Positions 39,878 to 52,750 of a stretch of DNA of 64,000 nt are shown piece after piece. Position numbers and translations under genes: made by a program. The stretch is from NCBI GenBank assembly GCA_964016885.1, contig OZ024741.1, forward strand, positions 387,314,001-387,378,000, written 5' to 3'. The notes beneath the pieces were generated by a model. It ran no database searches. It saw only the letters and a program-made list of their open reading frames with translations, and was not told the origin of the DNA. Each line of letters opens with the position of its first letter. The stretch's first letter is position 1. This DNA comes from Eledone cirrhosa (Eukaryota).

Positions 39878-41127
39878 AGTGTACTCATAGCAGTTAGATG
39901 ATGCTAGGCTGTATCCATGACTGTGGCTGTTAAAAATTGTTGTTACTTCCCCATCTAATAAGAAAATGGGGAGCTAAATTAGCTCCTCAATTGTCTTTTT
40001 TCATATTTGAAGAGTTCAAAGATGAGAAAATTTTATTCCATTCTTTTCACAATAGCCATAGCATTTATATTGTACCACCATAGGAAGGCAAATACAAGCT
40101 CTCGTCTGTAAAGTGGTTGCTGATAGGAAGAGTATCCAGCCATAGAAAATATGCCAAAACTGGAATGTAAGTAAGCGAGATGTGAGCCTCCTACACACCA
40201 CTGACAGGATAGTAGCTCTAACTAGGTACTGACTTGGTCTATGGTGACCTGTCTAATCTATGTCAACATGGAAAAATGTACGTTAAATGATGATAATCAT
40301 GAAGTCTCACTTTCTCTGTCTCTTCAGCAAAGTTTTCAGATCAATTTTACAAGAACTAGCGCAATATTTTCAAAAGGTAGGGGAACGTCTTAGAAAGTAA
40401 CACCAAATGAAGATTATGTTAATATATATATATATAATGGTTAAAATGGGGATATATATGTGATACTGTCTTCTTTTTTTATAATATTGACACTCCGTCT
40501 GATACCATAATGTCTTATAGTACCCAAGTTGTGGAGTCCTTATGCCTCATTGCACCAGAGTCAGTTGATTAACCAACATTGATTAATTTACATAGTTGAT
40601 AATTTAATATGATTAAGACTGTAAATTAGCAAGATGTAGATTTCTGGCCTGTTTGGGAGATCTGTAGCCCTATTTCAGTACTGACTTGGTCTATGTAGAC
40701 CCTTCTAACCCTTGCAAGCAGGGAAAACAGATGTTAAAATGATGATGATGATGATAATCAGTAAGATTCTTTCTTTAAAATATTGGAATTTAATTTAATA
40801 AGTAGCTCAGATTAAAAAAACAAACTAGCATGCAATGTTGAAAAGTAGTGTAACTTGTTACACTGTGGACCAATTTAGCAACCATGGCTTCCACTATTAC
40901 TGTGTGTATAGAAGGAGATAATAGTGCTAGTACTTTTATATTGTTAGTAAAGAAGACAGTACTCAATGTCACTTTAAAGGAATTAGATAAATATATATAT
41001 AATTGGTGTGGGATGCTTAAAGTGTCCGTAAGCGGTATGCCGTTTGAGCACTCAATGCTCTTACAGAGCAGAGTATAATATCAAATAAGAGACGGAGAAT
41101 CAGTGGTGCAACAAATTAAAATTTATT

Positions 41128-41224
41128 AGACATATTACAATTGTTTCTCTGGCGACCAGCTCGAGGCACGATCGATGCAATGATCAAACCTGACTCTGAA
41201 ATCGCAAGATCCTCAGATACGTCT
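41128..41224 (-). ncRNA. type I hammerhead ribozyme with intact core and long stem II insert
   Basis: Minus strand AGACGUAU-CUGAGGA-UCUUGCGA..(~45 nt)..UCGCCAGA-GAAAC-AAUU-GUA-AUAUGUCU: 8-bp stem I, palindromic stem III ACAAUUGU, GUA triplet. Confidence 0.75.
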
Positions 41225-41784
41225 CGATTCTTCGAAGCAGAGTTTCAAAGAATCGAGACGTAATCTGAGGATACTTAGTCATCTCAATGAAAGGATAAGA
41301 TATATTAATAAATTATCTACTCAAAGAAGTAATAAAATATATTTTGGCTTAAGTTTTAATATATTTTATATATTTATAAAGACGTAGTGGCTATATAAGT
41401 ATAATACTTATCCTATCTCTCTGTATTTTAGCCTGATTATATTGTTCTCTGCAAAATATTAGATATCTGGTTTCCTGTGATATTGGCAAGCGGTCTGAGG
41501 TCTTGGATTTTTAGCTTCAATTCTCTTAGTGACTTTTAACATAACTTCCTTATTTCTCTGAGCCTGTTAATGGGAGCCATCAGTCTTCAGATAGAATCAA
41601 CTGCATCAAATTATTGTTCCCAGCAGTTTTACTGAGAATTTGTATATTAATGGAACCCAAGTGGATATCTGTATAGATATAATATAAATGTGTGAACACA
41701 CATACACGTGCGCACACACTTCTGTAGATACAACCTTTATGTTTCTATCTCTAGCTTTAAAACTACTAGGTTTTCATTCTTTTT

Positions 41785-41992
41785 ATCATCATTACCACTG
41801 CTTTTAGGTCTGTTTTTCCATGCTTGCTTGGTTGGGTCCTTTTCAACACAGCATCTCTCCACTCGCTGTATTCTTCGTCATTTCTTCTCTGAGTCTCAGT
41901 GATTTGAGATCAGCTCTCACCACCTCCACCCAGGTCTTCCTTCGTCTACCTCTACTGCGGCTTCTTTCTACTGGGATTTCCTGGCACTTTTT
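41785..41992 (-). mobile_element. old RTE-B-like 3' fragment
   Basis: KKCQEIPVERSRSRGRRRKTWVEVVRADLKSLRL. Confidence 0.8.
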
Positions 41993-42257
41993 ATATTCAT
42001 AATACGTTTCACTAACATGCTTCTCGATATCCACTGTTAAATGTTAGCTGGATCAAATTCAATTGTGTTTTTTTATTTCTTTATTTATCTATGTTCCTTT
42101 TCTCACCCTATTCCATTGGCATGCTATATGTAAGATTTATTTCAATTTGGGAAACTAACCCTTACTCCACAAAATAAACTAACAAACATAATTTGTGTTT
42201 TTTCATATTCTGGTTTCCTACAGGCTTAATGTATGTATATGTATGTATGTATACAGC

Positions 42258-42328
<71 letters not shown>

Positions 42329-43369
42329 CATATATATCATTATCATCATATATATATATATATCATCATCATATATATATATATATACACATATATAGTG
42401 CTTCCTATGTTAAGCTATTGAATCATTGACTTTTCTTTCCTTTCTCGCAAGGGTATGTTTGATTTTTGTTCAATGTTAGCTAAATCTCACTGGCATCATG
42501 TATAACTTATGCTATTTTTGGTGTCGCCTTTTAACCCCACTGTCCCCCCAAAAATGTTAAAATATATAATACCACCATGGGAAATGAAATAAAAACCAAA
42601 GTTGAACAAAGCATCCCTAAATGCTTCAGTAATTCCTTTATTTTGGAAGGAATTTGGAAAGGTCAAGTCAACTTTGATAAATTATGAAGATTTGTTTGTC
42701 TATCAAAGGTTTAAATAGCGTTGTTCAAAATTCTTAATTTTATTCCCTAAAATGAATGCATTTTAATTACTATGGTGAGTCCCATTGATTAAGGGGCCAT
42801 ATTAGCATTCTCATGGTTTCATGTCCTACTGGAGGCATTGTTTTGTATTCTCAGGCAAGGTACTTAACTAACTTCAATTAATTCTTGATTCCTGCATTAC
42901 ATGAAACCACATTAGCAAAACATTGTTGAAAGATATGAAACAGAACTATGACTACATTACACGAAAAATTAAAGTCTTTACTCTAATATGACAATTCCTC
43001 GCAATGATCTGTCTAGCAGTAAAGATACTATAAACATTTGAATTAACAAATCCGTTTTTAGATAGTTTCTGTCAAATTATTACATGATGTGAAGAGTTAA
43101 AGTCTTAAAAGTAATCAAGAACTTAACCTCATCAGCATTGTTATTATAATAAGGACAGTGGATTGGCAGTCATTAGTTCATTGGAAGAAGTATCTCATGG
43201 TATTGTTCTGGATCTTTACATTCTGAGTTCAAATCATGGCGTGGTCAACTTCGGCTTTCATCCTTCCAGGGTTGAAAAAATAAAGAACCAGTCAAGAACG
43301 GGGGCCAATAAAATTACTGGCCTTGTGCTAAAATTTGAAACCATTATTATTTCATTTTTTTCCCCTTAA

Positions 43370-43589
43370 CCCTTTAGCATTTACATTACTCTGTATATAC
43401 TATTGTATTTTCACAGTAAAGTCTTTATCTTACATAATTATCTCACATAATATTGAATCTACAAGATTTTGATGTTATTTATTATGAGAATAAACTTGAA
43501 TGTAGGTATGAGCGGCCAGTTATGGCTGGTTTGAACAGAAAGAGGTGAGAGAATTATGGCTGGATATGATCGGTTTACATGCTAAAGGG
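43370..43589. mobile_element. TTAA-flanked (piggyBac-type) MITE, family 2
   Basis: TTAA|CCCTTTAGCAT ... ATGCTAAAGGG|TTAA; inverted relative at 56380-56558. Confidence 0.8.
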
Positions 43590-44529
43590 TTAAAGACATA
43601 GACCCCCCACCCTCCAAAAAAAAGATTACCTAATTTGTGTGTGGTGAGGTACAGTTTATGTTTGGTGCTATCAGGCTGATTGGCTGGTGGAAATGAAAGG
43701 AGGGAGAGGGTAACATTGTGTAACTGATTAACTGCAACAATATAATTGTTTCTACATTGCCACCTGGCCACAGTGATTTACAGTCAACTGGAGTTATTTG
43801 GATAAAAAACATGTCAAGCTCCTATTGTGAATAATTTCTATTCTATCATCATTACTGCACTATATCCATTACCAGAGCTCTTAATTCTCATCTGCTTAGC
43901 CTGCCGAGCTGTAAAAAGCTATACAGCTGGAAACAGTGAGCACACTGAGAAATTGACTTCAGTGTTGAGAACTTAAAAAAATATTTATAATCCATTGATG
44001 GATATATGTGATTTTGATAATTCCACAGTTGACTGAGTATGAAATAGGTAAATAAAATTAGGCCCCGAAGATCATTTTACTCTTTGATCTCCCCATTCCC
44101 CTCAATAATTATGCTGGTTTTAGTCTTACCTTTCTACACTGGCCAATTATGAGTTGGGCAGGACGCTCTTGTGGTTCGTTGATAAAACCTAGCTATCAAC
44201 ATCCATCATATTTGTTTAGTATAAATGGTAGCAGTTAGATAAAAGGAATTTGCTTAAGGAGTTACTTGGTACATAAATGTGAATTAACTTTTAACATCTT
44301 GTACCATATATAACCACACTAACAAAACGGCACTATAACTGCATCACATTAAAAATTAAAGTCTTTAGTTTATTACAGATTTTCACAATGTCCACTAGTA
44401 AATATACTATAATAATCCCTTTTTATATATTTTCTGTCAAACCATTACAGGATGTTAAAAGATATACACTATTTGCTAAAAGAAATGTCTTTTTGTTGAT
44501 GGTTCAGATGTAAAGATATACTTTTGATG

Positions 44530-44824
44530 AGTTTAAAGAAAAAATCTCTCTTGAACCTGGAGGCTCATCAATCCGATGCTTTTCCCAGTTTCCATGGTAT
44601 TAAGTGACTAAAAGTCCAAGAATCACCCACTGAACAGAATGCCAGTCTATCGCAGGGTTAAACCCCCAGCTATTACTGGTGTTCATTTTTAGCTGAATAT
44701 ACTAGAACAATTTGAAATGAAGTGTTTTGCTCAAGAACACAATACACAACCCAGTCTAGGAATCCAACCCAAGACCTTATGATTGTAAGTCCAACAATCT
44801 TACTACTAGGCCATGTGCCCTCAC
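44530..44824 (-). mobile_element. tRNA/CORE-like SINE with a Meta-like 3' module
   Basis: Reverse complement aligns along the length of 48376-48655 (AACCCTGCGATAGACTGGC..GAAACTGGGA.AAGCA..TGATGAG). Confidence 0.75.
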
Positions 44825-47265
44825 TTTGGATGCGGTATTCATGATTAAGAATTCTATTGTAGAATTGTTCAGGTTTTTATATTTAACTTGAAGAACTGCC
44901 AAAATTTCTTTAGGTTTACTTATTTAGATTGAGACAGGAATTACATTTTTTTTATTTTATTTTAATTCATTTGTTGAGTTAAGCCCATGTGTGTATGTCA
45001 AGGTGTGTCCATGTGTGTGTGTGAAGGTATCCATGTGCGTGTAAGTGAAGGAGTGTGTGTGTGGAGGGGACCATGTGTTAGGTACACACTTTGCTTGCTT
45101 CAAAATATTGTCAGAATTTATATTTTTCTTTTATTCTTTGTAAAAGATAATCTTTCTGAAACATTAAAAGAAAGTTAATCATTTCATAGGCTTCAAGGAC
45201 ATCCAGCATAAACCTTTTCATGGCCATATTTCTAATGAAATACACCATCTGTATGCTTCAATTAATTTTGAAAACATCCAAAAATTTTGAGGAATTTAAT
45301 GAAATAAGTTTTTCATAAGTAAGCTGTTATTTAGAACATAAAGGAAAATTTATAAAAAAAAACTAAATATTTTAAAATAAGTAGTGTTGTACCATATATC
45401 CAAGGTGGTTTGGTATCTTTAAAACTTAAATGGATCACGAGGTAAATCTTCCAACTAAATAACATAGTAATTTGTTCTGTTAGATAGATAGCTCAGCTAA
45501 TCTAGAAGGAGCTCCACTGTTGTGATTTCAAATGGATGAAACAGTTCTAGTTCTGTAGAAGTCATTTCTGTATGAAATAAATATGTTCCTTCTCTACTAA
45601 AGTATTGAATATCTTATTTAACTGTGGTTCCCTTCCTTTTTTCTTCAGAAAACCATTCTGAATTATATATATATATATGTATGTATACATATAATGTGTT
45701 AATGTACATTTGAGTTAAGGTGTGCAACTGAGTGAAGAAGGTACTCAGCACATATAGTGTTTATTCATTTATTAGAAACAGATTTCATTCTATCATTACA
45801 ATTTCAGCATTCCCCAGTCCCCATGGGGTGCGGTCACGCTGGAGCACAGGCATTACAACTAAGTTTTTCCTTTTATTAGAAATGAATCTCTGAATAATGA
45901 TAGTGAAACTGTAGCTACAAATATAGATGTGTGTGTGAGTCCCAGGTTCAATTGGAGGTAACCACAGTTAGTAAGATACTCAATACATTAGAGTGTAAAC
46001 ATCAAATTTAATATAGAAATGGCTGCCACAGAACAGAACTGTTTCAAAAACTAAGGCGGCTACAACTCAATATGTTATATTTATATAGAAAATTTACATA
46101 CTTATAAGCATTGTTCTCAATTGATATCCATTATGTCCAGTGCATTTGTTGTTTTTAAATATATGAAATTAATCCCATGAAACATTCATTATTTCACCAG
46201 AGAGTTATTTTGATATCTAATAATATGCCTAACCTACTACTAGCCTCTACAATTTTAATGTTTGAATGGGAGTTGTGCAGTGAGTATTTCATAACATAGG
46301 GTATCAGTTTTTCTCATTTACAAGTGAAGGCATGCAGCTTAGTGGCTAGAGAAATAGATTTGCAATCATGAGGTTTTGAGTTCGTTTCCTGAGTCAGGCG
46401 GTATGTTGTGCCCTTGAGCAAGACACTTTATTTCACATTGCTCTTTCTGTCAAGAGTTGTGACCAGTAGATAGTATCAGCAATAGAAAGACCATTGGAAA
46501 CATTGTTTTCTTGGTCTGATTTGATGAGTTCCATTGCATTCGGTAAGTGAATGAGGTCTGGGATCATGTCAATCGACTTCCTTTTCCTTGTTTCATTTAC
46601 AGCCTTGCTAATTAAGTAGTTCTATATGTTAATTCTGCATTTAAAGCTTTCTTGATGTACATTTTTTTTGTATGTGAGTTTTTTAAAGTTATTTTTCCAA
46701 ATGGCCTTATTTTGTATTCAATGAGTTCTTATTGTTGTTGGTAGCTTCAGTTAATACAGCAGTTCTCAGAGTCCCAGGTCACATTCCTCCTCTTGCAATC
46801 CCACATTTTCTCAATTCCTCTCCCATTTTCAATTGTTGTCATTTACTAATTTTTAACCCAAGTACAAACACCATAATTAACATGAGAAAACTTTTCAAAT
46901 TTCAATAATTGTAGTTTTAAACAGTATAAAGTTTGAAGTAGAAGTTTTTTCTGAATTTCTGAGTTACTTCAGGATTGCCCTTATACTTTATATACACAAT
47001 ATACACAATATGCACTATAGTTGTGTATATTTATATTTTATTTGTTATATATACTATATAGACTATAGTTAGGTATATTGGTATTTCACTTGATATATTG
47101 GTATTTCATTTGATATATATATATATACCATTCTTTCCCTGTTTAGATTTCCCCCAAGAGCCAAGTACCTCTTGTTTGAGAATCACAAATTTGAACAGTG
47201 CTTGAGTTATTATTTTAGAAATTGATATATATGTTACAATATCATGTTATTTGAATGAGGGACAG

Positions 47266-48325
47266 ATTGATATATTAGTGCATTGAACAAAATGCTTTGC
47301 AGTGTTTAGAATGGCTCTTTATGTTTTGTGTTACTGGGGTCAACTTTGCCTTTCATCCTCCCAGAGACAAAGTAAAATACAAATGAATTACTAGGTTCAT
47401 TTAACTTCTTGAACACCCCTGCCCTCACCACCACCACCACCACCACCACCTAAAAATGTCCCAGTATCTAAATTATTATATCGATGGATTGGCAGTATTG
47501 GTGGAGCATCGGACACCATGCTTCGCAGCATAGTTACGGCCCTTTATGTTCTGAGTTCAAATCCCGCCATGGTTAGCTGTGCCTTTCATCCTGATGGGAT
47601 TGATAAAATAAAGTACCAGTCATGCACATAATCGACTTTCCCCTGTCGCGAAATTGTTGGCCCTGTGCCTAAATCAGAAACCATTATTATTATTATTGTT
47701 GTTATTGCTACTATTGCAGTGGATCGACAGAATCATTGGAACACTGGAAAAAATGGTCTGCAGTGTTTAGTTCTGAATTTGCATCCTGCCAAAGTCAAAG
47801 TCAAATTTGCATTTTATCTTTGTGGGGTTGATATAATCAACTTTACCCGTCCCACCACATTTTTATGGCTTTCAGCCTCCGTTAGAAACAAAAAAAAAAA
47901 AAAAATCATCATTATTATTATTTTGGAATAGTAAAAAAAGGTGCTGTGTTGGACAAAATGCCATACAGTATTATGATCTTTACACCCTGAGTTTAAATCC
48001 CACCAAAAACAATTTGCCTTTCAAATGTACTGGGGACGATTCTATTAATTATGCTGTTCCCCTACAAATATTTAGCCTTGTGTCAATATGAGAAACCATT
48101 ATTATAAAGGTGGGAGGATTGGGTAAATCGCTCCTGTCGAACAAAATGCCTTGTGGTATTTTGTTATAACCCATTATATTCTAAGTTTAAAACCTGCTGA
48201 GGTCAACTTTGCTTTTCTTCCTTATGAGGTCAATAAGTACCAGTCAAATACTGAGGTCAGTATAAATGAATCGTACCTCATCTCAAGTTGTTGGGTTTGT
48301 GCCTAAATTAGAAAAAAAAATGATT
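47266..48325 (+). mobile_element. head-to-tail cluster of about five family-C SINEs
   Basis: Units at ~47266, 47484, 47718, 47940 and 48106, most ending (A)GAAAC..(ATT)n. Confidence 0.75.
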
Positions 48326-48375
48326 ATTACTACTTCATCTCAATATATTTTATTTAAAAAACTGACTGGGTTTAA

Positions 48376-48655
48376 CTCACTAGTGGTAAGGGTGTTGGAC
48401 ATAAGATTATAATGTTATGGCTTCGATTCCTGGACTGGGTTGTGTGATGTATTCTTGAGCGAAACTCTTCATTTTGCATTGCTCCTATGTACTCAGCTGA
48501 AAATGCGTACCAGCAGCAATAGCTGGGTGCTTAACTCTGCGATGGACTGGTGTCCTGTCCAGGAGGGGGTCTTGTCCACTTAGTCAATTAACATCACGAA
48601 AACTAGGATAAGCACTGGCCTGATGAGTCACTGGGCTCGAGATAGACTTTAGACT
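48376..48655 (+). mobile_element. tRNA/CORE-like SINE with a Meta-like 3' module
   Basis: A box TAGTGGTAAGG, B box GGCTTCGATTCC, CTGCGATGGACTGGTGTCCTGTCCAGG, tail (AGACTTT)2. Confidence 0.8.
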
Positions 48656-48895
48656 TTTTTTTTTATATATCAGGTGTGTGCCGAGGCCAAATTTGTGAAT
48701 TTCTACCTTTATATAAACTTGTGGCCTTACATCTGTTAATAATATTGTTATCATTGCTGCTAGACTAAAATGTATTTAGTTTTCTCTCTCACTTTGGTAA
48801 GGAGGTCAATGTAATTAGTCCTATTAATTTACTTAGATAAATTAAATTTGTTATTATCCTACTCATTCACAAAATTTGGCTGTGTTTCTAGTTAA

Positions 48896-49414
48896 CCCTT
48901 TTTATACCATATTTTCATTGAAAATCCAAAATCCAGAGCCTTCTCATGCCTGTTGGAAGAACTCCTCCCTGGTTGACCTCCACCATTTCCTATCTTTGGC
49001 CATATTGGGCCATGTGGGGACAAGGTATCAGGTCAGACCGTTGCACCATCTTGCCTATGGCTGCCCTCTGGTTCTTCTCCATTGCCTTGGTGTCCATTCT
49101 ATTGCTCTAATAGTCTACCTGTTGTCTCTGAAACGAGAAACGTGGTCAGCCCATCTATGTTTGCCTTTCTTGATCTCGATTATTGTCTTTCACTCAAATC
49201 CAAGTGAAAGATACTGCCTATAATTTTGAAGATGATCGTGAATTTGGTGACATATATATAACTAAGTTTCTCATCATTACGCTGGTTTTGGTGCTTAACA
49301 TAAAGGTTCTTGCATACAATTATGATGGAAGGTTTTTAGATGAATATAAAAACTTTAAAACAAAACTTGTAAACAGAACCATGTGTGACTTCAGGTAGTT
49401 TGGTATTAAAAGGG
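48896..49414. mobile_element. piggyBac-type MITE, family 3, with a nested RTE fragment (48922-49190, minus)
   Basis: TTAA|CCCTTTTTATACCA..TGGTATTAAAAGGG|TTAA; the insert translates WADHVSRFRDNR..EWTPRQWRRTRGQP; second insert copy at 49935-50060. Confidence 0.75.
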
Positions 49415-49537
49415 TTAAAAGAAAACCAATATTATAAGTGATAATAAATTTGAGGTTTGTTTAGATCTTACTTGTGACTGTTTTTATCACATCATTGATA
49501 TAAGCCAGACAAAGTCTTTACAATTTGAGTGGCAAAT

Positions 49538-49665
49538 GTAGTTTTACACAGTAGTTTACACACTTAGTTTACATAGTTTTACACACAGAAACTTAATGCC
49601 AAACAGTTTTACACAGTAGTTTACACACTTAGTTTACGTAGTTTTACACAGTAGTTTAATGCCAA
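49538..49665. repeat. minisatellite (TAGTTTTACACAG / TAGTTTACACACT units)
   Basis: Direct inspection. Confidence 0.8.
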
Positions 49666-52399
49666 CAAATTGAGTTGATTCAGTTTGGAAATTCAAGAAC
49701 AAATTCTCATATCTCTCTTTCTCTCTCTCTCTCTTTCATCATACTTAGATATAAAAACATTTGTCAGAGCTAAAGAGAAGAAACCAAGCTCTTTATGAGC
49801 TGTGTTGTATATCTTCCTCATTGTTCAAATGAAAATTAAAAACCACAGACTTTATGTCTGTGTAAGAAATAATTGGTATCATTGTTAAAATTTCAGTTGT
49901 CCTAATTATGAATCTCAAGGCTTTTGCCTATGTCCAAAATTCCAAATCCAGAGCCTTCTGACTCCTGTTGGAGGAACCCCTTCCTGGTTAACCTCTCTGG
50001 TTTATATTGGGCCATGTAGGGCTGAGGTATTGGGTCAGATTGCTGTGTCATCATGCCTTAGGCAAGAACCAGAAGGCAGCCAATGTCAAGTATTTCTTAA
50101 TAGGAACCATTTGGGACCTAATATAAGGTAAAGCTTTATTTTGCTGGATTTTCTGACAACTTTGATAGGCTTCAGCTCAAGATGTTTTTGTATGTCCCTC
50201 CCCCCCCATTTCTTTCTCTCTTTCTCTCTCTCTCTCTTTCTCTTTCTCTCTCTCTCTCTTTCTCTCTCTGTCTCTCTCTTTCTCTCTCTGTCTCTCTCTC
50301 TCTCAAGGTGCAGTAACCAAGCTTTTGGCTTAAGGAAAAAAACTGAAATTATTTATTTTGAAATTGCTATTAAATTCCGTCCACCCAACAATTTGTGGGG
50401 TTTGTGTGTGTGTATATATATATCCATATATATATATATATCCATGTATATCCATACATGCACCAACACATAAGTATATACTCATGCATAAGTTGCATGC
50501 TGGATTATTACATATTTCTCGTGGAATAATGTGTGACTTATACACAAGTATATATGGTGTATGCATACACATATATGAATTAAAACACCTATGCGTTGTT
50601 GGAAGCTTTGTGTGTGTGTCTGTCCCCCAGTTATCTTTTAGATATTTGTTTACCTCTATCTGTTGGGAGCTCAACAAAATATAACAACAACCTTCCCAAA
50701 AATGTTTTTATTTACCATTTTTTTTTTTTACTACAAAGGCTTATTTCTTTTATCTTTCACCCCCTTTTTTATGTGGCAGCATTTTACACTGTCTTTTAGT
50801 ATATTTATTTTATTTGTTTTAGTAACATAATTGATATTAATGTTATTTTCTGATGGCATTTGTTTGTTTCCTCTACCTCATTTTCAACATTCGAATATGT
50901 TTTATTTGAAGTTCTATTATTTCTATGACATCAAACCAGAAACCTGTTAATTTTCAATTTCACATGGTTTTGTTATGATCAAGGATCATTGAATGTAGTG
51001 AGAGAGAGATAAAGGTTATTATTATTCCAGTATCAACTATTACATCCCACCCCAAACCCGTCGGTATTGTTCTTAAAGTCCTGAATCACATGAAACCACA
51101 TTAGCAAAACACTCTTGAAATTAAAGTCTTTACTTTAATATTGCAAATTTTCATGAACACTGGTCCACTAGTAGAGCATGTTGAGTTAACTAATTTAATG
51201 AGAACATTTTGTAAATTAATACATTTTTTTTTGGCGTCTAATTAATTTTCTGAATACTTTTATTTTGATATTTTAAAATTTAATTAACAAAAAAAAAAGG
51301 CCCTCTTCATCTGAGTTTTTAGAACTTAGTACCTTTTGAAATTTTATTGCCAAGCCTCACTCATTAAGTTAGCATTGATGAAAAGTCTCTATAACAGTGG
51401 GGTAGAATTTTCTCCTCGTGTATGTTCCTACCATGCAGAAATAATATTTTAAGGCTACTCCCTCCCCTTGATAAAACACGTGTATGTGTGTAGGGGGTAA
51501 CCTGTAGGGCCCTATGAAAGGTTTCATACTCATCAAAGGGTTGTCTTTTGAAGCAATGTTTTTCAGCTGAATGCCCTTCCTAGTGCCAAACCATTTTAGT
51601 TCTATCTTGGTTCTATTTCATCAGTAAAGAGAGTGTATATATCTAGTAGTACATCTTTGAATAGATGAACATTGCATTCCAAGGTCATTTCACATCTTCA
51701 AACTTAAGTTGGTGTCAAATTGTTTTACAGTTGAATATTTTGGGGGATTTTTTTTTCTTATCAAATGTTGATATTTTTTTACCAATAAGCCAAGCCAAAA
51801 CAATTCAAATCAGTCAAATATTGGTTTCTAAGACATGTTACATACTTTTGTACTGTGTAAAATCTTTGTCTCTATTAATATTAAAAAAAAAAGAAAGAAA
51901 ATTGTGGTTAAAATAGAATCAAATTGATTTTAGTGATCATTAAACAACATAAAATGTCTTTCAGTACATTTGAACAAAACAAACAAGTTTCTCTTGAAAT
52001 ATAAAATGAAAATATAATGGTTTCGATGGGTGATGTGTTGCCTGTCAAAGAGAAATTAAACTATGATTTGTAAATTGTTAAAGCTTAGTAATAATTAACT
52101 CTCTCTTCAACAATTTATCTTTTCATAAAATGGTTGCTTATCCAATAAAGGATCAACTATATGGTTGGTTGACTTGTTAGAAATAGCAACCAGCAACCAA
52201 ATCTCCTTCAAATCTTACCATACCATACCGTGTTATATTTAAGAAAAAGGAAACATTGGGTAATGTAATCCCCAATACAACAAATCCCCTTAAACAACAA
52301 ATTGTCCTAGCTAGATTGTCTTTGATCAGAGCTGGCCTAGGGTTAAATGGGAGGCACAGAATGTGACCTGCAAAATAGAACCAACACTCCATGACGATC

Positions 52400-52750
52400 C
52401 CCTGCAGTGTACGCAACCCTGCTCTCTGCAGGATCTCTTCGTTTCTAACCCAAACTCACCAGTTGACCTTTAGATGGAAAGTGTTTAGACACCTACCTGT
52501 CTTGGCAGTGTGTTAATACGTTTCACAGGTGTAGATGGCCATGGGAAGTACAATGCTGGTGTACAAGCACAGCTTGATGTACATGCTGATGGCTGCATTT
52601 AACCAAATTGAGTGCATCCGTTGGAACATTGCCTTTCCAGTCCTGCAGTTGATGTTCAGTTTGATGTTGCCACTGTTGCTCAGGATGCTACTAAGGAATG
52701 TGAAGTGGTTGACCTCATCCAGCTCCTGTTGGTTCACCTTAACTGCAGTG
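52400..52750 (-). mobile_element. degenerate RTE RT C-terminal fragment
   Basis: LDEVNHFTFLSS..FQRMHSIW..IKLCLYTSIVLPMAIYTCET. Confidence 0.7.

Noticed and set aside
45712-45960. Possible Penelope-like terminal repeat with GAAACTGTA / GAAATTGTA motifs
   Set aside because: Core boxes too decayed to call a ribozyme or define boundaries
48619-48645. CTGATGAG..CTCGAGA as a hammerhead
   Set aside because: No GAAA box or stem I/III; it is the 3' stem-loop of the SINE
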